Origin: Heterodontus francisci
Taxonomy: Eukaryota
NCBI RefSeq assembly: GCF_036365525.1
Contig: NC_090416.1
Span: 15,038,945 to 15,102,944 of the forward strand
Direction: 5' to 3'
Length of the DNA stretch: 64,000 bases
Part shown: positions 1 through 12,400 of the stretch, one piece after another
Position numbering within the stretch: position 1 is the first letter of the stretch
Layout: each line of letters starts with the position of its first letter
Notes under the pieces: generated by a model
Databases searched by the model: none
Told to the model about the DNA's origin: nothing
What the model saw: only the letters and a program-made list of their open reading frames with translations
Translations under genes and position numbers: made by a program

Positions 1-299
1 GAATTGATGCACTAATTAACATAACTCTGATATCGTGCAGCACATAGCGGGTGAATAGCAGACTACGAACCCAGGAGAGCTCAGACAGAATAAAACGAGC
101 AGTTGGCACTGTTCCCACGTACTCCCAGGACAGTAGGTGGCACTGCTGACCATGTATCACATGACAAGGAATTCTGAGCGTCATTGAGCTGGATATGGTG
201 ACGCCTCTACTCCCGGCCAGATTGTTTATTTATCCCAAAAATTGCGCCAGGAGGGCACGCTGCTGATTGTGACTGGGGTTGATGCAATAGAAGCTTAGG

Positions 300-1290
300 A
301 TCATAGAATGATACAGCACAGAATATAACCGGTTCTTTGGTAGATTTATCAAATAATCTCCTGTCCCTGCTCTTTCCCCGTAGCCCTGTATTATTTTTTT
401 CTTCAAGTATTTATCCAATTCTGTTTCCACTGTTGCTTTGGAATCCACCTCCACCTCCCTTTCAGGTTGTGCATTGCAGATCACAACAGCTCACTGGCTA
501 ACAAAAAAAGATCCTCTTTCCACCTCTGGTTCTTGTGTCATTCACCTTACATCTAGTTCTCTGGATACCAGTTGTCTGCCACTGCAGACAGATTTTCTTT
601 ATCTGTCAAAACCCGTCATGACTTTGAATCCCTCTATTCTCTCTCCCCTCAACCTTCTCTGGTCTAAAGAGAACAATCCCTGCTTCTCCAGTCTCACCAC
701 ATTAACTGAATTTCCTCATCCCTGGGACCATTCCAGTAAATCTCCTCCACATGCCCTCCAAGGCATTCACGTCCTTCCGAAATTGCCGTCCCCAGAATTG
801 AAGGCAGAGCTCCAGTTGAGGCCTAAACAGTGTTCTATAAAGGTTTAGCATAACTTCCTTCCTTTTGCACTCGACTTCTCTGACAATAAAGGCAAGGATC
901 CCAACCTGTTAGATTTCATCTGCCACGTGTCTATTTCACCAGTGTGTCTCTGTCTTCTTGAAGTTTATGACTGTCTGTCTCACCATTTACTATATTTCCA
1001 AGTTTTATATCATCTAAAAAGTTACTCCCTGTGTATCCAGTTCTCAGTCATTAATGTAGATGAAACATAGTGATCCCAGGGGCACACCAGTGTATACCTC
1101 CCTACAGGCTAAGAAACAACCATTCACCACCACTCTCTACTTTCTGTTCCTTTCTGACTTTCCAACCATGCTGTCACTGTCCCTTTAATCCTTTAATTTA
1201 CCATTAAGTCAAGTACGTGATACTTTGTCAAATGCCTTTTAAATGTCCTCCTACACAATACCATACTCTCTGCCCTCATCAATCCTCTCA
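300..1290 (-). mobile_element. Degraded CR1-type LINE (RT 3' half and 3' end)
   Basis: The reverse complement near 1230-1290 resembles the IDEG..VD..DF.KAFD RT motif seen intact at 28630-28700. It also carries the LEKLGLFSLE-type region and the same 3' end as other CR1 copies in the window. Boundaries are approximate. Confidence 0.75.
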
Positions 1291-1303
1291 CTTTTCCGGT
1301 GGA

Positions 1304-1819
1304 ATGGCTGCAGTGATGCATCTCCTGTGGGCCCTGCTGCTCCACTTAACAGGTGAGAGATTGTTTTAGGCACAGATTATCCGTTAAGTCCCGAGAATGG
1401 GACGGTTTTACAGCCATGTTTATTGATGCATTAATGACCTATTTACTCCAAAACACTGAATGTTTTTTTTCTCTTGTGTTTTGTGTTGAAGGTGTCCTGG
1501 CGGTTCCTGTCCTCAATCAGACCCCAATTTCCGACCCAGTCTCCGCCGGTGAGACCTCCCGGTTGAAGTGTGCGATGCAGAACGGCAATGTGGGCAGCTA
1601 CTACATGCACTGGTACCGACAGAGACCCGGGGAGGCTCCGGTGTGGGTGATAAGACATGATCCAAGTGGTAGCATCTATCGAGGCACCGGCTTCACGAAC
1701 TGTTTTCAACCTTCCAGAGACACCTCCAGTAACAGTCACATTCTGACCATCGGCAGCTTGGAACCGGGAGACTCCGCCGTCTATTACTGTGCTACCTGGG
1801 ATGGCTCAGCAGCTACATA
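1304..1819 (+). CDS. IGLV: Ig light-chain V gene segment (leader exon 1304-1352, V exon 1492-1819), shark type I / NS5 (sigma-cart)-like
   Basis: Leader MAAVMHLLWALLLHLT with a phase-1 GT donor at 1353 and AG acceptor at 1490-1491. V reads VPVLNQTPISDPVSAGETSRLKC..WYRQRPGEAP..DSAVYYCATW and is followed directly by an RSS. Isotype assigned from recalled similarity to shark type I chains. Confidence 0.93.
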
Positions 1820-1847
1820 CACAGTGAGACAGGGCAATACAAAAACT
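1820..1847 (+). promoter_or_regulatory. Recombination signal sequence, 12-bp spacer, 3' of V
   Basis: CACAGTG (1820-1826) + AGACAGGGCAAT (12 nt) + ACAAAAACT (1839-1847). Confidence 0.96.
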
Positions 1848-2148
1848 GCACCAACAGAACCACTCAGAATTCCAACAGCTACTGAAATATTCCTGCCTGA
1901 GACTGTGGAATGAGCTTCAAAAATATTCCTTATGTAACTTGTGGAAGATCTCACTGGAATTCCATGGGTTTATTTTGATTTTCCCCAATATTTGGGCTAT
2001 TAGCTGGGTAGGTAAACACTGATATTGTCAGGGTTTTCTCACTGATATGTGAAAATCTTTCTCCAGGCTCTCAGCATTCCGGCGCCTGTGAAAGGGAATG
2101 TGAGAAAGGGCATTTTATTAATATTTTCTCTTCTTTTTTCCAAGCTTG

Positions 2149-2187
2149 CCTTTTAGGTGACCCGTCCCGTTCAAAAGCTGCACCGTG
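2149..2187 (-). promoter_or_regulatory. Degenerate 23-bp-spacer RSS 5' of J
   Basis: CACCGTG (2181-2187, one mismatch to CACTGTG), a 23-nt spacer, then CCTTTTAGG (2149-2157, 5/9 match to GGTTTTTGT). Confidence 0.65.
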
Positions 2188-2224
2188 TTCACCTTCAGAC
2201 CTGGGACCGCCTTGAACATACGGA
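2188..2224 (+). CDS. IGLJ: Ig light-chain J segment (FTFRPGTALNIR; F-G-x-G altered to F-R-P-G)
   Basis: Follows the heptamer and ends in a phase-1 donor GTAAGT at 2225 that joins the C exon in frame. Confidence 0.88.
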
Positions 2225-3889
2225 GTAAGTGATTCCCATTATTCTACCATCCATATTGTTTCTTTTTTAAGATATGCAGCACTGAAGCAGACCCTTTGAC
2301 TCACCAAGTCTGTGCTGGCCAACAACCACCCATTTATACTAATCCTGCATTAATCTCACAATCTTATCTCATTCCCACCATTCCTCTACCAGCACTAGGG
2401 GCAATTTATAACGGTTAATTTACCTATCAAGTATTTGGCTGTGGGAGTATCCAGAATCGAACCAGGATTGCTGGAGTTATCAGGTTGTGGTACTAACCAG
2501 TGCGCTGCCCGTTCATTTATGATTGATTTCATTCCCGAGAGGCTGATGAATTTCGATTAAGCGAATTTTGATGTTGGATCTATTTACACCCAGAAATGTT
2601 GAACAGGTCAGAATTGGAATTAATCCGCTTCGGGGGAAAGGAACTGATTCGAAAATTTGTTTAAGACTATGCTTCATTCTCCATTTCCAACAATCCCTGT
2701 GTCAACCGCAACATTCTCACCTCTGCACTGTCTTTTGATCAAGCAGAGGGAGATCTGCTGAGAACAGTATTTATCCCTCACTCAATATCACTAAAAACAG
2801 AGTAACTGGTATTTATTGTCGGTCTGCTTGTGGGATCTTGCTGTGCTTTGATTGACTGCCGCCTTTCTACATTGCAACAGTTAGCCCACTTCAAAAATTA
2901 TTTCATTGGCTCGAAGGCGCTTTGGGGCGTTCTGAGGTTGTGAAAGGCGCTATAGAAATGCAAATCTTAGTGCCTTTCAGGACTCAGACAGCCAATCTGC
3001 GCACAGCAAGATCCCACTAACAGCAATGAGATAATGACCAGATAATTCTTTTTTTAAAGTGGCCTTGGTTGAAATGATTGTTCCCCTCCAGTCTAATCCA
3101 CCATTCAGATAGATCATGGCTGATCTGTCTATTAACTCTTTGGTTCTGTAACCCTTAATCTGCTTCGCCAACAAAAATCTATCAATCTCAGTTTTGAATT
3201 TGCGAATTGATCCCTCTCCCAGTCTCAACAGCACTTTGAGGAAGAGAGTTCCAGATTTGCACTCCCCTTTGTGTGAGGAAATGCTACCTGACATCATCCC
3301 TGAAAGGCCTGGCTCGAATTTGAAGGTTCTGCTTTAAAAGGGCGCTGTGAATGCTCAGTCATTGAGTACATTCATCTGAAAGAGTTCAAACAAATGGCCC
3401 TCAATTTTCTGTTCTCAGGGAACATTAGTCTAGTCTATGCTACCATTCCTTACAATTGAACCCTTTTATCTCGGTATCTTTGTGTTGAATCTGCACTGTT
3501 TGTGATGTCAGAAAATATGTCGACACTCAGTGAAAGGCAGGTCACAGCTCCATGAATTCACCTCTTTAACGTTAACTCTGACTGCATTTAAAGACAAGCA
3601 AACGCAGTATTAGATACAAATAATAAGAAGACAACCCCTGCATATATTGGAAATGTAAATGTAAAGTAAATTTAAATGTAATTTAAAATGTTAATGTAAA
3701 TGTAAATGCTGGAAACCACAGCCGGTTGCTCAGTGTTTATACCGGGTACAGACAGCTGAGTGCAGGTTCGTGGCTGTAAACTGTATCTGAAGCGGTCAGT
3801 TACTAATCTTCACACATGCTGACTGAGCCAGTCTGTATTTGCAGCTTGTCCTTTTCCTATTTTACCAGAAAGAAAGATTGTCTTGTTAA

Positions 3890-4640
3890 TAATACAATTT
3901 TAAAGGGGGTGTAGGAACAGAGAGACCCGGGGCTGTGCGTACACGAATGTTTGACGTGGCAGCACACGTTGAGAAATCTGTTTGAAAAGCTGATGGGATC
4001 TGAGACTTTATTCATCGAGGCAGAGTGCAAAAAACAAAGAGGATGAATTAAGCTTGTATAATTCACTGGATAGGCCCCGGCTGGAGGAAAGGGGCTAATT
4101 CTGGTCATCACACTGTCAAGGGCTTGGAGAGGTTGTGGAGGAGATTTACCAGAATGGGACCAGGGATGAGGGACTTCAGTTATTGTGGAGAGACTGGAGA
4201 AGCTGGGATTGTTCTCCTTAGAGCAGAGAAGGTTAAGGGAAGAGTTAATCGAGATGTTCAAAATCAGGAAGCATTTTCACGGAGTAAATAAGGAGAAACT
4301 GTATCCACTGGCAGGATGGTCGGTAACAGAGGTACACAGATTGAAGATAATTGGTAAAAGAACCAGAGGGGGAGATGAGGAGAATTTTTTATTTGCACAG
4401 TGAGTTGTTGTGATCTGAAACGCGCTACCTGAAAGGGCGGTGGAAGCAGATTCAATAGTAACTTTCAAAAAGGGAATTTGATAAATAATTGAAGGGCAGA
4501 AATTTGCAGGGATATGGGGAAAGTGTGGAGGGAGGGTGGAAGGGAGAGGGGCACTAAATAGAAATTTCTTTCAAAGAGCCAGCACAGATGCAATGGGCCG
4601 AATGGTCTCCCGCTGCTCCCTCCCAGTCTGTCATTCTGTC
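3890..4640 (+). mobile_element. CR1-type LINE 3' fragment in the J-C intron
   Basis: ORF 4185-4403 ERLEKLGLFSLEQRRLR..IEMFKI is the CR1 ORF2 C-terminus. Confidence 0.8.
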
Positions 4641-4921
4641 ATTTATACCGCACTTTTCAGGTCCTCGGGATCCAAAGCGCTTTACAGCCAATGAAGTATT
4701 TTTGAAGTATAGTCACTGTTGCAATGTAGGAAAATGAATTGGCAGATTAGCTCAGGAACTAGAGATCTGAGAATTTATTGGAACTCCTGAGTGGATCAGT
4801 AATTCATTTTAAAGTTAATGTGGATCAGGAGGGTTTACGGTGCTTACAGTAGATTTCAAATCAGAGTGTCCCACTGCTAATGGGTTATATATTAATGAAT
4901 TTTCTTTTCCCTCACAAACAG

Positions 4922-5250
4922 GTAGTGAGGATCGGAAACCATCAGTTCTCCTGCTCCCTCCTTCCTCGGAAGAAATAGACTCGGGATGGGCTACTCTGTC
5001 CTGCCTGGTGAGCCGCTTTAAGCCGGGTTTCGTGCGGGTTCTCTGGCGAGTGGATGATAAAGAGACAGACAGCGGGGTGACCACAGGCACCGTGTCCACG
5101 GACAGTGATCAAACCTACAGCCTGAGCAGTTACCTGAGAGTCCCCGCCACTGCCTGGAATAAGGGCTCCAGCTATACCTGCAGTGTGGACCACGGCTCTC
5201 TGAGCTCACCTCTCCTCAAAACCATCAGCTCCACCACTTGTTCCGACTGA
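4922..5250 (+). CDS. IGLC: Ig light-chain constant exon (type I / NS5-like)
   Basis: Polypyrimidine tract and AG at 4920-4921. Reads SEDRKPSVLLLPPSSEEIDSGWATLSCLVSRFKPG..W..YSLSSYL..W..YTCSVDH..TTCSD*, with a near-terminal Cys for H-chain linkage. AATAAA at 5556-5561. Confidence 0.96.
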
Positions 5251-8200
5251 GAGGGGGCAGCTGGGGTTTCGAATTTGATTTATTCCTCATGAAATATTAT
5301 TCAATATGTGGAATCCTTTTTTTGTTGTTGTTTTGCAATGTAATCACTGTAGCAATGTCAGTTTTTGGCGGACAACCCGAATGTTGAATAATATCAGAAG
5401 CGGGTGAAATGATTGTCTGACTTTGTGACATGGAATTTCCTGTAGAATTGTCCCCAATTTCCTGTGTGTAAACTTCCTCTATGTGTAAAATGGGAACGGA
5501 TTCCCCTTTAGTTGGTGACCGTGTTGTGTTTGGGAACTTGTGTCATACAGCTCCTAATAAAGGTGAAATGCTGACCTGAAATTAATATGGTCCAACTTTA
5601 TTCAACAATTAAAGGGACATTGAGGGAACAAAGACTATAATTTACAGCCCAGACAACATTATACGAATTGACAGTACAGAAACACTTATCTCTGCTATTC
5701 CCCTCAACCACTCCCTGTGGTAGCGAGTTCCACATTCTCACCACTCTCTGGGTAAAGAAGTTTCTCCTGAATTCCCCACTGGATTTATTAATTTTAAAAA
5801 CATGTCTCCTTGTTCAGAACATTGCCCCCTACTGGAGGAGTAGTTTCTCTCAATGTACCCTATCAATCCTTTTCAAAATCCTACAAATCTCAATCAAATC
5901 AGCCTTTAACATTCCATATTCCAGCAATACAAGCCTAGATTATGTAATCGTTTCTCATAATTTAATCCTTGTATCCTGGTAACATTCTGGTGAGACTCCA
6001 CATCATCTAATATTCACTTTCTGGGATAGGCTGTCCAGAACTGTACACAGTACTTCAGATATTGGATATTTTAAGAAGGGTGGGAGAGGGGAACCTGATA
6101 ACTACCGGCCTGTCAGTGTAACATCAGTTGTAGGGAAGCTATTACACTCTGCCATTAGGGATAGAGTGAGTGAACACTATTTAATGTAAACTGAACAGAG
6201 GGACCAACATGGCTTTGTTAAAGTTAAATAATGTCTGATTAATATAGTTACATCTCTTTCGGCTGTCACTATTCTTAGGCAAAGGAGTGTCCATAAATGT
6301 TATCCGGATGGTCTCCCAGAAGGCATTAATCAGGTTCTGACACAAAAGGTTATTGTCAAAATTGACAGTGCATGGAATTGGAGGCAGCCTTTCGATTTGG
6401 GTTGGTATTTGGTTGAGAGACAGGGAATGGGGATAAAGAGGAGCTCTCAGGTTGTCAGGATGTGGCAAGTGGGGTTCTCCAGGGAACAGTGCTGAGGCCT
6501 CAATCCTTCCATCATATTTATTAGTGACTCAGGTGAAGGAATCGGGTGTTTTATATCCAGGTTTGTCGATGCTGTTGTGTTAGGAGACACAGAAACGTGT
6601 GCAGGATGTGAGCAGTAAGTACCAAGCGGTTCTATCCAGGTTGTGAGTGGACTGAAATGTGACAGGTGCCGCTCAATGTGGGGTAATCCAATTTGGATCT
6701 ACTCCTGTGCCCATGTTCCTGGATAAGGAAATGAGGATTCTGAATATGTTTAATCAGGTCTGTGAAATGTCCTCAGAACCGGACACACAGAGTGTCGCCA
6801 CTGAGCATGTGCAGGGATGGTGGGCGGAGGTGATTAGTGTGCGTGACCACGAGCGTATTTACATACTAACCCTGCGTCAAGACGTAATAATCCTGTGTCC
6901 CATGAACGTACTGAGGTCGGGGCAGCACTATTAACCTGCTAATTAAATAGGTTTGCCTGTGAGTATAATGGAGGTTATTCCCAAAGCACTGGGTGCCCTG
7001 GGTTATTTAAGGGTATTGGCGAGTAAGGATTATTAATCGTTCTCTTGTGCCTACTGTCTCCATTATAGTGAAAGATGAGCATTATCCTGAGCACAGCACG
7101 TCACGTTAATGTTTGATTTGTAAATATAGGAATTAGGAGCAGGGTTTGGGCACTCGGTCCCTCGAGCCTGCTGCGTGTTTTTATTTTTTTATTTTAGAGA
7201 TACAGCACTAAAACAGGATCTTTCAGCCCACCGAGTCTGTGCCGACCAACAACCAGCACAAGATGCACTGAAGCAACGCACCAAGGGTCCTTAGACAGCA
7301 CCTTCCAAACCCGTGACCTCTACCAACTGAAAGGACAAGGGCAGCAAATGCATGCGGACAACACCACCTGCAAGTTCCCCTCCAAGTCATCCAGCATCCT
7401 GACTTGGAACTATATCACCTTTCCTTCACTGTCGCTGGGTCAAAATCCTGGAACTCCCTTCCTAACAGCACTGTGGGTGTATCTAGCTCCCATGGACTGC
7501 ACGTTTCAGGAAGGCAGCTCACCACCACCTTCTCAAGGGCAATTAGGGATGGGCAATAAATGTTGGCCTAGCCAGCGACACCCACATCTCATGAATAAAT
7601 AAGAAAAAAATTAGATGCATGTTGAGAGTCCCCATTGCTTTACATTGCAAGTTAAATTAATGTTTCCGCCGACAGTGGATCCCTTTGTAAATCTGATGGT
7701 TCTCGTCTCTGCCGCCATCATATTGATGACATTTCAATGCAGCGAAACTCAAGCCCATGTAAAGAGTCTGGTCACGTGGGCTGTCCTGGATCTGGAAAAT
7801 ATTATAAGACAGGGAAATATGCACATATTTAAATCGTGTTTATATCAGTTTACTACGTCGCCAGAAGGTACGAATCTTTCTTATTCTTCATAGGCAACAG
7901 GAGACGAATATAAATCATAAAAGACTTCAAATCAAAAACTAATGCCATTCACTTTCAAATCAAAATAGGACTAGTTACGTCCAACCAATCCAGTCGTTTC
8001 TTCCAACGCCATCTGCCAGCGTAACTGGCTCCAGGGTCAGGGTGAACAATTCCGGATTATGGATCCGGGCTATTGGTTCCAGAGAATAGAAAAAGGCTCT
8101 ACGGGTCCAAATGCGGCAGGCCAGGAGTGTTACTGTGTCTGGAGCATTATTGAAAAAGCTTTTAGTGGTAAAAAGTATCAAGCTCGCTGCTTAGTGCTGT

Positions 8201-9369
8201 AGACAGCTATGGACAGCGTCTCGTTGTGGCCCACAGACACGGGTACACAGACATACACACACATTTCGAATGACAAGAGCAGCAGACGTAGAGGAACACC
8301 AGCGCCTGAACGTTCCCCTCCAGGTTACACCCCATCCTTCACTGACGCTGGGTCAAAATCCTGGAACCCCATTCCTAACAGCACTGTGAGTGCACCTGCA
8401 CCACATGGACTACAGCGGTTCAAGGAAAAGGCTCACCATCACCTTCTCAGAGGCAACTAGGGATGGGCAATAAGTGCTGGTCTTGCCAGCGACGCCCACA
8501 TCCCAAGAATAAATAATATCTACACACACATACACTCACACAGATACACACAGCTGAGCACATGTATGAACCCTAACATACACACACATAAACACAGACC
8601 TAAATTTTGAATAACGATGTATGATGGAAACCCCATTTAGGAACGTAATTGGAGTTCGTGGCACAATTATCCAGGAATGTCGTCTCATTTCTGCATTTCC
8701 TTAATAATTCTTGAGGCTGAAGAAGCAGGAATTAAAAGCAAAATACTGCGGATGCTGGAAATCTGAGATAAAAACAAGAAATGCTGGATACACTCAGCAG
8801 GTCTGGCAACATCTGTTATTATATTATATTAGATTAGAATATCTATATTTTATTAGAAGCAGGATCCCCACTGGTGGAAACGCGATTACCAGTAAGATTT
8901 TTTTTAAATTGCAGGATATGGATATCTCTAATAAGACACTAACTGCTGGGATTACACTGTGGATCAGTGTCTGTTGAAGACTTTATTCCCCAAACCTTAA
9001 ATTATCCTGTTAGTAGATACTAGTACGGCTGATGGATTCGTTCTAATTCCTGTTGCACAGATAATGAGGATTGGATATGAATTAAGATGATGATTGTGGA
9101 CTCCCACTGCTCTCTGTTAACGGGACGAAACATTCCTTTCAAGCCGAAATTGCTTGCCGACAAAAATATAAATCCTTTGTCGCATGCCATAAATATTGAG
9201 ATGGGAATTGTGCACTGGTCTTAGAATCAAACTTAAAAGAACGTGGAAAATATTAAAACATTTATACCATTGGAATGTGTGTTAGGGTTTAACTGGGTTT
9301 GACACAGAGTTAAATACAGTGAGACTGGTAACGATTATTAAAATATCCCTGATAAACATTAATTCTCAC

Positions 9370-9471
9370 CTGACCGGCAGCTTTTCTGAATCTAAATGGA
9401 AATAAGGATCGAGAGTAGAACCAGGATCACCGCGATGGTTATGGCGACAAGAATTGTCAGAATGCAGCCTC
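9370..9471 (-). pseudogene. Orphan A-type transmembrane exon with an in-frame stop
   Basis: 102-nt exon with AG/GT (same length as the A1/A2 TM exon): GGCILTILVAITIAVILVLLSILISI*IQKSCRS. No V or C exon upstream on this strand. Confidence 0.8.
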
Positions 9472-12400
9472 CTACAAACACTTAGCTGCTCGATCAAACC
9501 ATTCTTTTCTGGGATTCTCTGATGGGAAACTTGATCCAGTTTGAAAATCGGAACATCAAACTCGTGCTGTAAATTCTCTATAATTCTCTGGAAGACTCCT
9601 GTGGAATCCATGTCAAGCCTTGGCATCTTCAGAAGAGTGATGCCGAATGGAAACTGGGAGGAGAGTGCAAGTTCCATTAATCTGTATTTTTAGCTCCTGG
9701 CAGAATGAACTACTGGTAGAACTGGTTCTGAATTGAGCGGACAATGTTGTAACGTCTTAATGAACGTCTGATGTGTTAATTCGGAAATGTTTGACCTTAA
9801 ATGACAAAGAAACGAGTCATGGACCTTGAAAGAGAGGGTGCTGGCAGCAAAGAGGCCTGTGACCGCGACGCTTGCTGTGAACCTCACAAAGACCCATTCT
9901 GCTTGGGCGGCCTTCGACGAGATGTGCAAAGTGCAGCGACTGGTGGAAATCACTGGCCCAATTTCTTACTAACTTCCGCTTGAGCAGGAAAATAATGTCC
10001 GAGGTAGAAGCTGTCTGTGGTTTTCCTGTTTTTACAGGTCCAGCGCTCACATACACAACTGCCTGCAAAGGCGAGAGTCAGTGTTAAACCGCACACAGAA
10101 GAAAGTTTACCACACAGGTTCAGAGAGCAGACTGGTGTACAGGAACCTCATTTACAGTGCCCTCTTCCAACTGACTTCGCGCCCTGTTTAGCTGCAATGC
10201 CCAGTGTTTGGATAGGAATGACTGATCCTCAATATCATTCACTAAAGTTCAATTCCCTTCATCACCTGCACTGGGACTGCAGTGCGCACTGTCCACATAC
10301 AGGCAACTCTGCAACAACTAGTCCAGGCGTCCACCACCAGGAAGGACAAGGGCTGCGGGTGCATAGCAAAATTAGCATCTGCAAGTTCCTCTCCAAGTTA
10401 CATACCATCCTGAATTGGAAATATATCCGCCGCTCCTTCACTGTCACTGGGTCCAAATCCTGAAACTCCCTCCCTAACAGCACTGTGGGTGTACCTACAT
10501 CACAGGTAGTGCAGCGATTTAAGAAGGCAGCTCATCACCACTTTCCCAAGTGCAATTAAGGATGCTGGCCTTGCCAGCGACGCCCATATTCCGAGAATCA
10601 ATAACAATAAACTACTAGAATCTTGCTTTCATCAAAAGATAAGAAGTGTTTGTTTCTAACAAATTCTTTTTTGCTCGTGAAGAAACGCTTTCATATTAAA
10701 TGTTCAGGAGCAGGCAATGCAAATAGAGGAATAAAATGGTCCCATTCCGGTTAAAAGATAAACTACGGAGTCACTCAACCAGATGTGACCCGATTCGGCC
10801 CGGGTTATTTTACAGTGAACTCACTCATCCAACCTCGGAATGTGGAGTGTGATCTCGGTTCGGGGTCTAAATATAAGCCCGGTAAAGATAGGCCTCAGGT
10901 GCTGGCCTGTTGTTGCTGCTGATCAAACACCTGGTTCATTCACTCGCTATAAATAATTGTAAAGCAAACCCCCTTTGATGTAATTGCTTGTGATCTTTAC
11001 TGGAAAAATAGCAAACAAAGCCCTGGGGTTCACTTCTGGAGGAATATCATTGGAAAGCAGACAAGTGATGTTCTTATATCGAACCTTGCTTGGACCACAC
11101 GTGGAGTTACTGAGCACAGTTCTGGCTCTCACATTATAAATAAGGGTATTGAAGCAATGGAGAAGGAAAGGACAAGATTTACTAGAATGACATCAGAACA
11201 GAGAGGTAACAATTAAAGGAAAGATTGAACAGACTGGGGGTCTTTTCTCCAGAAAAATGAAGTCTGAGGGGTGACCTGATAGAGGTCTTTAAATTATGAA
11301 ACAGTTTCGATAGTGTAGACGTAGAGAAGATGTTTCCACTTGTGGGGGAGACCAGAATTAGGGGTCCATCAATATAAGACAGTCACTAATAAATCCAATG
11401 GGGAATTCAGGGGAAACTTCTTTTCCCAGAGAGTGGTGAGAATGTGGAACTCGCTACCACAGGGAGTGGCTGAGGGGGAATAGCAGAGATATATTTAAGG
11501 GGAAGCTGGATAAACACATGAGGAAGAAAGGAATAGAAGAATATGCTGATAGGGTGCGACGAAAACGGTGTGGGGTAGGCTCTTGTGGAACATGAAGACC
11601 AACTGGGAGCAGATGGGCCGAATGACCTGCTTCTGTGCTGTAGGTTGAGGTGATTCTTATAAATATAAGTTGTTGTTGTACTGTAACATCAAAGGACCTG
11701 AACTATTATTGGAAAGAACTGATAAATGTGCAGTGAATTATCCAGTAAACAGCTGCAAACACACTGAGACTGGAATGCACCATGCAACACTGCAACCATT
11801 GTTTGAAACTGCCTTTTCCGAGTCGATCAATGAAACCATTAGTAAGTAGAATTATACAATGAATTCAGAACATTTAGTACAGGTTGAGCCCCACTGACGT
11901 TTTGTACCATAGATTCAGTCAATGGGAACCTAGTCAATACGACTTAACAGAAAGGAGGGCGGTGCATGGGAAGTTTAAGTAGTCACACTGAATTCAAAAG
12001 GGAATCGTTCATTCAGAATCTGGATAAGTGCAGTGAATGAACGTGTTTGACCCATTACAATTCCACGTTAAATCACCGCTCAACTTGTGTTATGGGTAAT
12101 AACAGATCACTAACTAAAAATCAACATTAAACCGCGCACAGCTTCATCAATCATTTCCAAGTCTCGGTGCAACCAGGTTGTTTCAAGAATGTTATACAAC
12201 CTCTTTACAGAATAAATTATGTTGGATTACATTCTGTACTCCTGGCTTTCACCTCCCAAACCCGTGACCTCCACTACCGAGAAGGACAAGGGCAGCAGAT
12301 ACAAGGAAACACCACCAGCTTCAAGTTCCCCTCCAAGTCACACACCGTCCTGACTTGGAAATATATCGCCGTTCCTTCACTGTCGCTGGGTCAAAATGCT

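Noticed and set aside
2958-2965. Octamer ATGCAAAT in the IgL J-C intron as an intronic enhancer
   Set aside because: It sits in the 3' tail of a SINE-like repeat whose other copies have similar AAATGCA sequence.
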